The notes beneath the pieces were generated by a model, which was not told the origin of the DNA, did no database searches, and saw only the letters and a list, made by a program, of their open reading frames with translations. A program made the translations under genes and the position numbers. A DNA stretch of 64,000 bases, from positions 1,162 to 65,161 of the forward strand of contig CAVRMZ010000047.1 of assembly GCA_963722445.1 (NCBI GenBank), in the 5' to 3' direction. How positions within the stretch are numbered: position 1 is the first letter of the stretch; each line of letters opens with the position of its first letter. This document shows, one piece after another, positions 19,511-29,081 of this stretch. Origin of the DNA: an uncultured Bacilli bacterium (lineage in GTDB: Bacteria > Bacillota_I > Bacilli_A > RFN20 > CAG-826).

Positions 19511-21446
19511 TCTTCGTCCAACCAAAGGCGGAAGAAACATGGCTCAGATCTCGCGAAAAGACCAGACGAAAGCCATGAAACGTCTTCTTGGCTACGTTAC
19601 GAAATATTATCCATGGCAGTTTGTCCTCGTACTGATCTGCATCGTTTTTTCAAGCGGCGTTGGCGTTGTCGGCAGCTTCTTTGTCGGCAACATCGTCATC
19701 GATAGATTTGTGGCGCCGGCTCTTGCCGGTGCGGCTTTTGACCAAGGGGGCTTTGGCCTTGCCATCATGATCATGGCGCTCATTTATCTTGTCGGCGTCG
19801 TCGCTAACTACGTCTATAGCATCATGATGGCCATCATCGGCCAAGGGGTCCAGCGGATTATCCGTGATGAACTCTTCAATCACATGCAGGATCTCCCTGT
19901 TTCCTATTTCGATCAGCGAAGCCATGGCGACATCATGTCCATTTACACCAACGACATCGATGCCTTGCGGGAAATGCTTTCGCGCGCGCTTCCGATGGTC
20001 GCCTCCTCGCTCATGACGATGGTCGCCTGCTTTGTGATGATGCTTTATACCGATTTCTTGCTGACGGGCGTCGTCGTTTGTTTCACCATTCTGATTTTCT
20101 TCCTCACCAAATACTATGCGAAGATGTCTGGCAAATACTTTGTCGCCCAGCAAATTGAATTAGGAAAAACCAATGGTTACATCGAGGAAATGACCAATGG
20201 CCAAAAGGTCGTGAAGGTTTTCAATTACGAGGAACGGAACATCGAAGGTTTTAAAAAACACAACGAAGCCTATTACGAATACTCGGTGAAGGCCAACGGC
20301 TTCGCCAACGTTTTGATGCCAGCCGTTAATCAATTAGGGAATGTTCAGTACGTGATCATCGCTCTTATCGGAGGTCTCACGATCGTCAACGGGATTAATG
20401 GCTTTTCCCTTAGGGGCGTCAATCAACTTGGGGTTGGCATCATCGTGAGTTTCCTGCTTTATTCCAAAGCCTTCATCCAGCCAATCGGTCAAGTGTCTCA
20501 GCAGCTTAACGTCGTGGGCTTAGCCCTTGCTGGCGCAACCCGAATCTTCGAAATCACCGATGTTCCCGCCGAAGTCGATAACGGCTACGTCGAGCTTTGC
20601 TTCGCCAAGCCGGACAAGGACGGGAACCCAGTCGAGGTGTCGGAGAGAACCGGGCGATGGGCTTGGAAGCATCCGCACAAGGACGGGGCGCCGACCACCT
20701 ATGTTTGGTTAACGGGCGAGATTGAATTTAACGATGTTGATTTTGCCTATATTTCCGGGAAAACGGTTCTTCATAACATCACCTTGACGGCCAAACCCGG
20801 CCAGAAGATCGCCTTCGTCGGCCCGACCGGGGCCGGCAAGACCACCATCACGAACCTCATCAACCGCTTCTACGACATCGAGGACGGCAAGATCCGTTAC
20901 GATGGCATCAACATCAACAAGATCAAGAAAACCGACCTTAGGCGATCACTCGGAATCGTTCTTCAAGACACCACCCTCTTCACGGGGACCGTCAAAGAAA
21001 ACATCCGTTTTGGCAAACTCGACGCGACCGACGATGAAATCATCGCCGCCGCGAAAAAGGCCAATGCCGATTCGTTCATTCAGAACCTGCCAGACGGCTA
21101 TGACACGGTTCTCAATAATGCCGGCGCCTCTCTTTCGCAAGGACAGCGTCAGCTCTTGTCGATTGCCCGGGCCGCTGTGGCGGATCCCCCCGTCATGATC
21201 CTCGACGAGGCGACCTCCTCGATCGACAGCCGGACCGAGAAGCTCGTCCAGGAGGGGATGGACGCCATCATGAAGGGCCGCACGGTCTTCGTGATCGCCC
21301 ACCGCCTCTCCACGGTGAAGAACGCGGACGTCATCATGGTCATCGACGCGGGACGCATCATCGAGAGCGGCTCCCACGACGAGCTCATGGCCAGAAAAGG
21401 CAAGTACTACCAGCTCTACACCGGGAACGCCATCGAAGAAAGCTAA
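19497..21446 (+). CDS. Heterodimeric ABC exporter subunit B1 (canonical site; BmrD/PatB/EfrD-like)
   Basis: Walker A GPTGAGKTT, signature LSQGQRQLLSIARA, Walker B ILDEATSSID. A ~40-aa insertion (…KPDKDGNPVEV…WAWKHPHKDGAPTTYVWL) precedes the NBD beta-strand. The start is set at the ATG preceded by GGAGGTGA, in parallel with B2; the track begins at 19482. Confidence 0.8.
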   Translation: MLATNLRPTKGGRNMAQISRKDQTKAMKRLLGYVTKYYPWQFVLVLICIVFSSGVGVVGSFFVGNIVIDRFVAPALAGAAFDQGGFGLAIMIMALIYLVGVVANYVYSIMMAIIGQGVQRIIRDELFNHMQDLPVSYFDQRSHGDIMSIYTNDIDALREMLSRALPMVASSLMTMVACFVMMLYTDFLLTGVVVCFTILIFFLTKYYAKMSGKYFVAQQIELGKTNGYIEEMTNGQKVVKVFNYEERNIEGFKKHNEAYYEYSVKANGFANVLMPAVNQLGNVQYVIIALIGGLTIVNGINGFSLRGVNQLGVGIIVSFLLYSKAFIQPIGQVSQQLNVVGLALAGATRIFEITDVPAEVDNGYVELCFAKPDKDGNPVEVSERTGRWAWKHPHKDGAPTTYVWLTGEIEFNDVDFAYISGKTVLHNITLTAKPGQKIAFVGPTGAGKTTITNLINRFYDIEDGKIRYDGININKIKKTDLRRSLGIVLQDTTLFTGTVKENIRFGKLDATDDEIIAAAKKANADSFIQNLPDGYDTVLNNAGASLSQGQRQLLSIARAAVADPPVMILDEATSSIDSRTEKLVQEGMDAIMKGRTVFVIAHRLSTVKNADVIMVIDAGRIIESGSHDELMARKGKYYQLYTGNAIEES

Positions 21447-21886
21447 TCGGATTCTCCTATTGCAGGCGTATAGGGATATGGCTCTTTTAAATTGCCGTCT
21501 TTGCGAAATTTTATGAAGAAAAAAAGCAGCTGCTTTGGCTTTCGAAGCGCTTTTATTGGCCAAAAATTATCGATGTTATTTATGACGCGTAGAATAAGAA
21601 TTTGTCCTATTGGCACCTGCTATGAAAAACTTGTTCTATTTTTCAATTATTTCCAACGAAAAAGCCGTAAGTCTCAGCCGGGCTCGATATTTTCGTAAAA
21701 TCTTTTTGATTGAGATAGATAAAAGCGCTGCCTTGATTTTGAATCTTATTATTCCGCCTTCGGATCCCGAACACAGTTTAGTGGGCTGATTGCGTTTTCT
21801 GAGCCGGTTAATTTCGGCTATATTCAGGAAAACATATTTTTTTGGTGCTTTTTCGTTCTCCCATAAACTAAAAACCGCTTCGGGCG
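21447..21886 (+). promoter_or_regulatory. Long (440 nt) intergenic leader upstream of the second ABC pair; contains a possible uORF and hairpins
   Basis: It contains the palindrome AAGCAGCTGCTT (~21524), the track uORF 21492..21698, and a GC hairpin CCGCTTCGGGCGG immediately 5' of the 21887 start. Any function is inferred. Confidence 0.25.
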
Positions 21887-23737
21887 GTGGGTCCAAAATC
21901 AATGATTAAAACAATTCGCTTTTTGCTGAAATATCTACGGGGATATCGAAAGTATCTCGTCTTGACTTGGCTTTTTGTGGCTTTGGAGGCCTTCTCGGAT
22001 ATCGTCATCCCTTTTTTCATGCAGTTCATGATTGATGCGATTAACGCTTTCAATACCCCGGGATATATTTCGGTTTCGGGATCGAAGTATGGGGCGCTTG
22101 TGGCTTGGGTTATCGGCTTGGTTCATCAGCAGGGCGGCGGCACCTATGACGCCTTTATTTACGGGGCGATTATGGCGGTGTTTGCGATTCTCGGAGCCGT
22201 TTTCGGGGTTTTGGCTGGGTGGTATGCCGCTTCGGCTTCGGCGGGTCTGGCCAAAAACCTCCGACAAGCCATGTATTATCATCTCCAAGATTTTTCGTTC
22301 AACAACATCGATAAATTCTCGGCGGGTTCAATCGTCACCCGCATCACTACCGACACCCAAAACGTCCAATTTGCCTTTCATATGACCATTCGAGCCATTC
22401 TCAGGGCCCCGCTCATGATAACCTTCGCTCTCATCATGAGTTTTTTCACAAGTTGGAAACTGGCTCTCATTTTCGTGGTTCTTATTCCGATCGTCCTCGG
22501 GATTCTTATCCCCTTGGCCAATGCGGTTCATCCTCTTTTCCAGTCGATTTTCCAAAAATACGATGACCTCAATCAGTGCGTCCAAGAGGATTTGGATGGC
22601 ATCAAAACGGTGAAAGCCTTTAACCGGCAAGACGTTGAGAAAAAGAAATTCAGCGGCATCAGCGATTTCATTTATCGGAACTTCACCAAAGCCGAAATGG
22701 TAATGGCTTTCAATAATCCAGTCATGCAGCTCTTCATTTATGGCTCGATTTTATCCATTTCCTTTTTTGGCTCCTTGATCATCGTCAATAGCGGTGGCGC
22801 CGAGCTTTCCACCGGTGGTCTCGCCACGTTGTCCATCTATGTCGTTCAAATCATGAACGCTACGGTATTGGCGCTTTCTTTCTACGCTTCCATCGTCGTT
22901 TCAAGAAATTCGGGCGAACGAATCGTCGAGCTTTTGCAAGAAAAGCCCGATCTTGCCTCCCCCGGCCATCCTCTTACGGCCGTTCCTAACGGATCGGTTG
23001 CGTTCAAAGACATAACCTTTCATTATCAAAATGGCAACGATGTCCTCCATCACATCAATTTAACCGTTAAGCCCGGAGAAACGATAGGAATAGTAGGACC
23101 CACGGGTTCTTCCAAGAGCACTCTCATGAGTTTGATCGCCCGCCTCTACGACGTCAGTGAAGGAAGCGTTTTGGTCGGGGGCCACGACGTCAGGGAATAC
23201 GATCTGAAAGTCCTTCGCGATTCCGTCGCGGTGGTCCTCCAGAAGAACACCCTTTTCACCGGGACCATCAAGGAAAATCTCCACTGGGGCGATCCCAATG
23301 CGACTGATGACGAGATTAGGCAGGCCTGCTTAATCGCTCAAGCCGACGATTTCATTGAAAAATTCCCTGACAAATATGGGACCCTGCTCGATGAGGGGGG
23401 AACGAACGTCTCAGGAGGGCAGAAGCAAAGAATTTGCTTGACGAGGGCCCTTCTCAAGAACCCGAAGATCCTCATCCTCGACGATTCGACTTCGGCGGTC
23501 GATACCCACACCGACGCCTTAATCAGGGCCAGCCTTAAAACGGCGAAACCCGGTGTTACGACATTCATTGTGGCCGAACGCATCCTTTCAGTCATGAACT
23601 GCGATCTCATCCTTGTCATGGACCAAGGCTCCATTGTGGCAAGAGGCACGAGCGACGAGCTGATGGGAAGTTCGCCAATCTACAAAGAACTCTATGTTTC
23701 CCAAATTGGGGGAGGTGATTTCGATGCCAGCAAATAA
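21887..23737 (+). CDS. Heterodimeric ABC exporter subunit A2 (degenerate site), paralog of A1
   Basis: 616 aa. Walker A GPTGSSKST, signature VSGGQKQRICLTRA, Walker B ILDDSTSAVD. It shares near-identical nucleotide tracts with A1 (e.g. 23175-23262 versus 18948-19034). Confidence 0.8.
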   Translation: MGPKSMIKTIRFLLKYLRGYRKYLVLTWLFVALEAFSDIVIPFFMQFMIDAINAFNTPGYISVSGSKYGALVAWVIGLVHQQGGGTYDAFIYGAIMAVFAILGAVFGVLAGWYAASASAGLAKNLRQAMYYHLQDFSFNNIDKFSAGSIVTRITTDTQNVQFAFHMTIRAILRAPLMITFALIMSFFTSWKLALIFVVLIPIVLGILIPLANAVHPLFQSIFQKYDDLNQCVQEDLDGIKTVKAFNRQDVEKKKFSGISDFIYRNFTKAEMVMAFNNPVMQLFIYGSILSISFFGSLIIVNSGGAELSTGGLATLSIYVVQIMNATVLALSFYASIVVSRNSGERIVELLQEKPDLASPGHPLTAVPNGSVAFKDITFHYQNGNDVLHHINLTVKPGETIGIVGPTGSSKSTLMSLIARLYDVSEGSVLVGGHDVREYDLKVLRDSVAVVLQKNTLFTGTIKENLHWGDPNATDDEIRQACLIAQADDFIEKFPDKYGTLLDEGGTNVSGGQKQRICLTRALLKNPKILILDDSTSAVDTHTDALIRASLKTAKPGVTTFIVAERILSVMNCDLILVMDQGSIVARGTSDELMGSSPIYKELYVSQIGGGDFDASK

Positions 23738-25664
23738 AAACGTTTCGGCGGCCCTTTCAACCCAGAAGATCTCATCAAAGGAAGCCCGCCATTCGATTCG
23801 TCAGCTCTTTTGGTATTCCCTTCATTACTATCCACTGGAGTTTTGGCTTTCTTTGTTTTGCATCATCATCTCAAGTTTGGCCGGGGTTCTCCCGATGGTT
23901 TTTTTGGGAGTCGTCATCGATCAAATCAATAGCATTCTCGCAGGAAGCCTCTCATCGAACGCCGGACTTGCCCTCATTGGCAACGAGATCCTGATTGTGT
24001 CCCTTGTTGTCGTGGTGGGTATGGTGGCCAGCTATCTTTATAACTATCTGGAGGCTCGTCTCGCCCAAGGCGTTCAGAAGAGAATCCGTGATGATCTCTT
24101 CGATCGCATGCAGGATTTGCCCCTTTCTTATTTTGATACCAGAACGCATGGTGACCTGATGTCGATCTACACGAACGACGTCGACGCGCTTCGGGAGGCG
24201 CTGAGTCGCAGTTGGCCAATGATTCTCTCGGGCCTCATCACCATGGCCATTATTATCGGAACCATGTTCTACCGGAACTGGCTTTTGGCTTGCATCGTCA
24301 TCATTTTGACGGTGCCTGTGGTTTTTCTCAGTTTGTATATTTCCAAAATGAGCGGGCGTTATTTCCTTTATACGCAGGCGGCATTGGCTAAAACCGATGG
24401 CTACGTCGAGGAACTTGTCAGCGGCCAAAAAGTCGTGAAGGTTTTCAATTACGAAAAAAGAGCGGAGGAATCCTTCGATCCCATCAACGACGATCTTCGC
24501 TTGCAGTCGATGAAAGCGAATCAATTCGGCAATATCGTGATGCCAATCGCCAACCAAATGGCCAACATCCAATATGTTATCCTGGCGCTGGTTGGAGCTT
24601 TTCTCATTTTCAACAGCGCCTCGCTTCCGTGGTATTTGTCCTCGCTCACGGTTGGGAGTCTCGTCAGTTTCCTGGTCCTTTCCAAGATTTTCGCCCAGCC
24701 GATGGGCCAGGTGGCGCAGCAGGTCAATAGCATCGACACCGCATTGGCCGGTTCTTCCCGCATTTTCGCGCTGATAGGCCAGCCGCAGGAATCCGACGAT
24801 GGCTATGTCGAACTTTGCAACGCCATTTCGGATAAAGACGGCAATCCAACTGAGGTTGCTCAAAGGACGAACCAATGGGCTTGGAAGCATCCGCACAAGG
24901 ACGGGGCGCCGACCACCTATGTTTGGCTCAAGGGGAAAATCGATTTCTTCGATGTTGACTTTGCCTATGTCCCGGGCAAACTCATATTGCATAACATCAC
25001 CTTGACGGCCAAACCCGGCCAGAAGATCGCCTTCGTCGGCCCGACCGGGGCCGGCAAGACCACCATCACGAACCTCATCAACCGCTTCTACGACATCGAG
25101 GACGGCAAGATCAGATTTGACGATATTAACATCAACAAGATTAAAAAGGCGGATCTCAGAAGGTCGCTCGGAATGGTTCTTCAAGATACGAACCTCTTTA
25201 CCGGATCGATTTGGGATAACATCCGTTTTGGCAAACTCGACGCGACCGACGAAGAGGTGGTGAATGCCGCCAAGTTGGCCAACGCCGATGGTTTTATTAC
25301 TCAGTTGCCGCAGGGTTACGACACCATCCTCGAAAAAGCCGGGAACAATTTGTCTCAAGGGCAGAAGCAGCTCATCTCGATTGCTCGAGTCGCCGTTGCC
25401 AATCCCCCCGTCATGATCCTCGACGAGGCGACCTCCTCGATCGACAGCCGGACCGAGAAGCTCGTCCAGGAGGGGATGGACGCCATCATGAAGGGCCGCA
25501 CGGTCTTCGTGATCGCCCACCGCCTCTCCACGGTGAAGAACGCTGACGTCATCATGGTCATCGACGCGGGCCGCATCATCGAGAGCGGCTCCCACGACGA
25601 GCTCATGGCCAGAAAAGGCAAGTACTACCAGCTCTACACCGGGAACGCCATCGAAGAATCCTGA
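23724..25664 (+). CDS. Heterodimeric ABC exporter subunit B2 (canonical site), paralog of B1
   Basis: It has the same motifs and insertion as B1 (WAWKHPHKDGAPTTYVWL). Three tracts are about 99% identical in nucleotide sequence to B1. The start is at the ATG preceded by GGAGGTGA; the track begins at 23694. Confidence 0.8.
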   Translation: MPANKNVSAALSTQKISSKEARHSIRQLFWYSLHYYPLEFWLSLFCIIISSLAGVLPMVFLGVVIDQINSILAGSLSSNAGLALIGNEILIVSLVVVVGMVASYLYNYLEARLAQGVQKRIRDDLFDRMQDLPLSYFDTRTHGDLMSIYTNDVDALREALSRSWPMILSGLITMAIIIGTMFYRNWLLACIVIILTVPVVFLSLYISKMSGRYFLYTQAALAKTDGYVEELVSGQKVVKVFNYEKRAEESFDPINDDLRLQSMKANQFGNIVMPIANQMANIQYVILALVGAFLIFNSASLPWYLSSLTVGSLVSFLVLSKIFAQPMGQVAQQVNSIDTALAGSSRIFALIGQPQESDDGYVELCNAISDKDGNPTEVAQRTNQWAWKHPHKDGAPTTYVWLKGKIDFFDVDFAYVPGKLILHNITLTAKPGQKIAFVGPTGAGKTTITNLINRFYDIEDGKIRFDDININKIKKADLRRSLGMVLQDTNLFTGSIWDNIRFGKLDATDEEVVNAAKLANADGFITQLPQGYDTILEKAGNNLSQGQKQLISIARVAVANPPVMILDEATSSIDSRTEKLVQEGMDAIMKGRTVFVIAHRLSTVKNADVIMVIDAGRIIESGSHDELMARKGKYYQLYTGNAIEES

Positions 25665-25837
25665 AAAGAAGGACGGGAGAAATCCCCATCCTTCTTCGAT
25701 GTTGCCATTTATGGCTTCCTACGGCATAATAATCCTAGAGATATCATCATACCAATGCGCATTTAGCGGGACAAAAAAGAAATCTGACATTTGGATTTCT
25801 TTCTTCGCCTCGTTTTTCTTTGCCACGGAGGTGAATC

Positions 25838-27379
25838 ATGTTAAAAGTCGAAAATCTGTCAATCAAAATCGTTGCCGATGATCGTTATCTGGTTCAAGGG
25901 CTTTCTTTTAACGTCAACGCTGGGGAAAGGATTGCCGTAACGGGAGAGGAAGGCAACGGGAAAACAACCCTGCTGCGCGTTTTGGCCCGCGAGAAAGTCC
26001 CAGGAATCGAATGGGAAGGCTCTGTCGTTTATGAAGGAATGGCAGCCTATCTGGAGCAGGAGCCCAAAGTTCGCTGGCGGGGCTTTTCAACCTTGGATTT
26101 CCTTCTTCGGAGAAGCCAGGAGAAGCCGATTGATTTCGAAGACTACGCCCTTTTGGGAAAAGTCGATCGCTGCCGCGAACGCCTCGATGTTTCGTCTCAG
26201 AGTTTTTCCCTTGATAAGCCCGTGGAAACATATTCAGGCGGCGAAATGATCAGAATCTCGCTCCTCAAGGTTTTGCTGCGGGAGCCTTCCCTTCTTCTTT
26301 TCGACGAGCCCACGAACGACCTTGATCTCGATTCGTTAGCTTATTTGACGGATTTTTTGCTCAAGGAAAAGAGACCTTTGCTTTTTGTTTCCCACGACGA
26401 AATGCTGCTCCGCGAGGTTTCGACGGGCGTCATCGAACTTCAACAGCTTAAAAAGAAAAGCGAGGCTCGTTCTCTTTTTATGAACGTTCCCTATGACGAC
26501 TACGTTTCCGTGATGGCCCGCAAAGATGAAGCCGATCGGATAACGGGAGAGAAGCAGCGGGCCAATTACGCCAAAAAAATGGAGCGTTTCCGCCAAATCT
26601 ATCAAAAGACGGAATATCTTCAGGCCAATCTCCCACGAGCTGGAAGCGATACTCAAGGACGTCTTTTGAAGAAACACATTCATGCGCTTAAAAGCGAGGA
26701 AAGACGGCTCAACAAGACAAAAGAGGACTTTGTGAAAATTCCAGAAGAGAAACGTGTCATTAACCTTTTTTTCGCCGAAAGCGTGGTTTTTCCTTCGAAT
26801 AAAAAGCTGGATATCGATATTCCAGAACTTGTCGCAGGGGGCCGCGTCTTAGCCACCAAGGTGCGGCTAAGAACTCTCGGACCCGAGAAAATCGCCATCA
26901 TCGGGAAAAACGGGGTGGGCAAAACCACCTTGATGCGCCAAATCCTTGCCCAGTTGAAAGACCGTTCCGATCTCAAGGCGGGGTATATGCCGCAAGATTA
27001 CGAAGAAATCCTAAGGGGCGAAGAAACCCCTTATTTCAACCTCGCCCCGACTTCCGATAAAAAAGAGCAGGAGAAGCTGAAGACGCTCCTTGGCAACGAA
27101 TTGTTCACGCCCGAGGAAATGGAGAAACCCGTGGCAGCCTTATCGGGCGGCGAGAAAGCCAAGATCCTTTTGACCCGACTCGTGCTTGAAAAGGCCAACG
27201 TCCTTTTGCTTGATGAGCCGACCCGGAATCTGTCTCCGGGATCGGTGAGGGAGGTTTCTGCTCTTTTATCCGATTATAAAGGCCTTGTCATCGCCATCAG
27301 CCATGACCGGCTTTTCTTAACCTCCGTTTTCTCGAAAATCTACGCGTTGACCTCCGAAGGACTGTTCCTTTTGGATTAG
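25838..27379 (+). CDS. ABC-F family ATPase (two NBDs, no TMD); candidate ribosome-protection/ARE-type protein
   Basis: 513 aa. NBD1 has GEEGNGKTT, YSGGEMIRISLL and LLFDEPTNDLD; NBD2 has GKNGVGKTT, LSGGEKAKILL and LLLDEPT. A ~120-aa charged linker lies between the NBDs. There is no membrane domain. It is adjacent to the exporters. Confidence 0.7.
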   Translation: MLKVENLSIKIVADDRYLVQGLSFNVNAGERIAVTGEEGNGKTTLLRVLAREKVPGIEWEGSVVYEGMAAYLEQEPKVRWRGFSTLDFLLRRSQEKPIDFEDYALLGKVDRCRERLDVSSQSFSLDKPVETYSGGEMIRISLLKVLLREPSLLLFDEPTNDLDLDSLAYLTDFLLKEKRPLLFVSHDEMLLREVSTGVIELQQLKKKSEARSLFMNVPYDDYVSVMARKDEADRITGEKQRANYAKKMERFRQIYQKTEYLQANLPRAGSDTQGRLLKKHIHALKSEERRLNKTKEDFVKIPEEKRVINLFFAESVVFPSNKKLDIDIPELVAGGRVLATKVRLRTLGPEKIAIIGKNGVGKTTLMRQILAQLKDRSDLKAGYMPQDYEEILRGEETPYFNLAPTSDKKEQEKLKTLLGNELFTPEEMEKPVAALSGGEKAKILLTRLVLEKANVLLLDEPTRNLSPGSVREVSALLSDYKGLVIAISHDRLFLTSVFSKIYALTSEGLFLLD

Positions 27380-27447
27380 GCCATAAACCCGATGCCTTCC
27401 AAAGCCAAATGGGTTAAACTATCCCTGCGTAAATTCGAGGTAAAACC

Positions 27448-28935
27448 ATGGAAGAAGAGAAATTAAGCGATCAAGAAGCGGTCCGTCAGGCCAAACTTGA
27501 GAAGTACAAAGAGCTCGGAGTGGATCCTTTTGGCGCCCGCTACGAGTGGAAGGACCAAATCCGCGATCTTCGAGCCAAATACGGCAAGATGACCCCCGAG
27601 GCGCTCGCGGCTAAACCCGTTGTCGCCAACGTGGCTGGACGGTTATTGGCCATTCGCCGGATGGGCAAGGCGAGTTTCGTTAATCTCAAAGACGAATATG
27701 GCCAAATCCAGGCTTGGATCGGCCAGGACGTCATTGGCGAGCATGATTATTCCGTCTTTAAACTTGCGGATCTAGGCGATATCGTCGGGCTTGAAGGCAC
27801 TTTGATGCTCACAAGAACCGGCGAACTCACCATTCGCGTCAATAAGTACACCCATATCGTCAAATGCCTGAAACCTCTCCCCGAGAAGTTCCACGGATTG
27901 ACGGACACCGAAGATCGTTATCGGCATCGGTACGTCGATTTGATCATCAATGACGAATCCAAAGCCATCGCCCTTATGCGACCGGCGATTGTGAAGGGTA
28001 TCCGCGATTTTTGTGATGCCCAGGGCTTTGTTGAAGTGGAAACGCCGGTGCTTTCGCCGATTCTTGGCGGAGCGGCCGCCAAACCCTTCGTCACGCACCA
28101 TAACGCCCTTGATAAAGATTTCTATCTCCGCGTCGCCACAGAGCTCAATCTCAAAAAATGCATGGTGGGCGGCATTGACCGCGTTTACGAGATCGGCCGC
28201 ATTTTCCGGAACGAAGGCATCGATGCCAAACACAACCCCGAATTCACGACCATCGAGCTTTATCAGGCTTTTGGCGATTTGAGCGATATGCGGAAATGGG
28301 CCGAGGGCTTATTCCATTACATCGCTAAGAACGTCGTCAAAAAGGATGTCTACCAGTGGAACGGCCAGACCATCGATGTCGAGAAACCATTTGCTTGGGT
28401 CGAGATGGCAGATGCCATCAAAGAGAAGACCGGCATTGATTTCCGGGACGATATTCCCTTCGAGAAAGCGGTGGAATTGGCGAAAGAACACAAGGTGCCC
28501 CTTGATAAAAGCTGGAATAGCACGGGCTACATCATGCAGGCTTTCTTCGATGAACTTGTGGAGCCGACGTTAACGCAGCCGACCTTTATCCATACTTATC
28601 CGATTGAGGTATCGCCGTTGACTAAAAAGACCGCCGATCCTAGGTTTGTTGACCGCTTTGAGCTCTTCATTGCCGGAACGGAGTTCTGCAACGCCTATAG
28701 CGAACTCAATAACCCCTTCGACCAAAAGGAACGGTTTGAAGCCGAACTGGCTGCCCGCTCTCGCGGCGACGACGAGGCCAACGACATGGATCAGAGCTTT
28801 TTGGACGCCTTAAGTTATGGGATGCCCCCAGCGGGCGGCATTGGTCTAGGCGTCGATCGTTTCTGCATGCTTTTCACCGAGCAGCCCACTATCCGCGAAG
28901 TTTTGCTTTTCCCAACCATGAAGGACGAAAACTGA
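27448..28935 (+). CDS. lysS: Lysine--tRNA ligase (class II)
   Basis: 495 aa with an N-terminal OB anticodon-binding domain and class II motifs (…FRNEGID…, …GGIGLGVDRF…). Confidence 0.9.
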   Translation: MEEEKLSDQEAVRQAKLEKYKELGVDPFGARYEWKDQIRDLRAKYGKMTPEALAAKPVVANVAGRLLAIRRMGKASFVNLKDEYGQIQAWIGQDVIGEHDYSVFKLADLGDIVGLEGTLMLTRTGELTIRVNKYTHIVKCLKPLPEKFHGLTDTEDRYRHRYVDLIINDESKAIALMRPAIVKGIRDFCDAQGFVEVETPVLSPILGGAAAKPFVTHHNALDKDFYLRVATELNLKKCMVGGIDRVYEIGRIFRNEGIDAKHNPEFTTIELYQAFGDLSDMRKWAEGLFHYIAKNVVKKDVYQWNGQTIDVEKPFAWVEMADAIKEKTGIDFRDDIPFEKAVELAKEHKVPLDKSWNSTGYIMQAFFDELVEPTLTQPTFIHTYPIEVSPLTKKTADPRFVDRFELFIAGTEFCNAYSELNNPFDQKERFEAELAARSRGDDEANDMDQSFLDALSYGMPPAGGIGLGVDRFCMLFTEQPTIREVLLFPTMKDEN

Positions 28936-28963
28936 CAAACGTTTTGTTGTTTTGAGGCCCTTG

Positions 28964-28995
28964 GGAGACCGAGGGCCTTTTATTGTCTCAGATGT
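28964..28995 (+). terminator. Rho-independent terminator after lysS
   Basis: GAGGCCC-TTGGGAGACC-GAGGGCC stem-loop followed by TTTTATT. Confidence 0.6.
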
Positions 28996-29081
28996 GGCAT
29001 TGAATTTTGAACATAAAAAATCCCCCCAAGGGCTTCGATTCTTGGAAGGGATCTGTGACGAAGACTTAGCTAAGTCTGCTA

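Noticed and set aside
23952-25595. 547-aa ORF on the minus strand, antisense to exporter subunit B2. A similar 205-aa ORF at 20946..21563 and a 167-aa ORF at 19650..20153 are antisense to B1.
   Set aside because: They lie wholly inside well-supported ABC genes. Their translations are low-complexity (Arg/Gly/Asp/His-rich). The absence of stops is a by-product of the GC3-saturated tracts on the sense strand. No start or RBS support was found.
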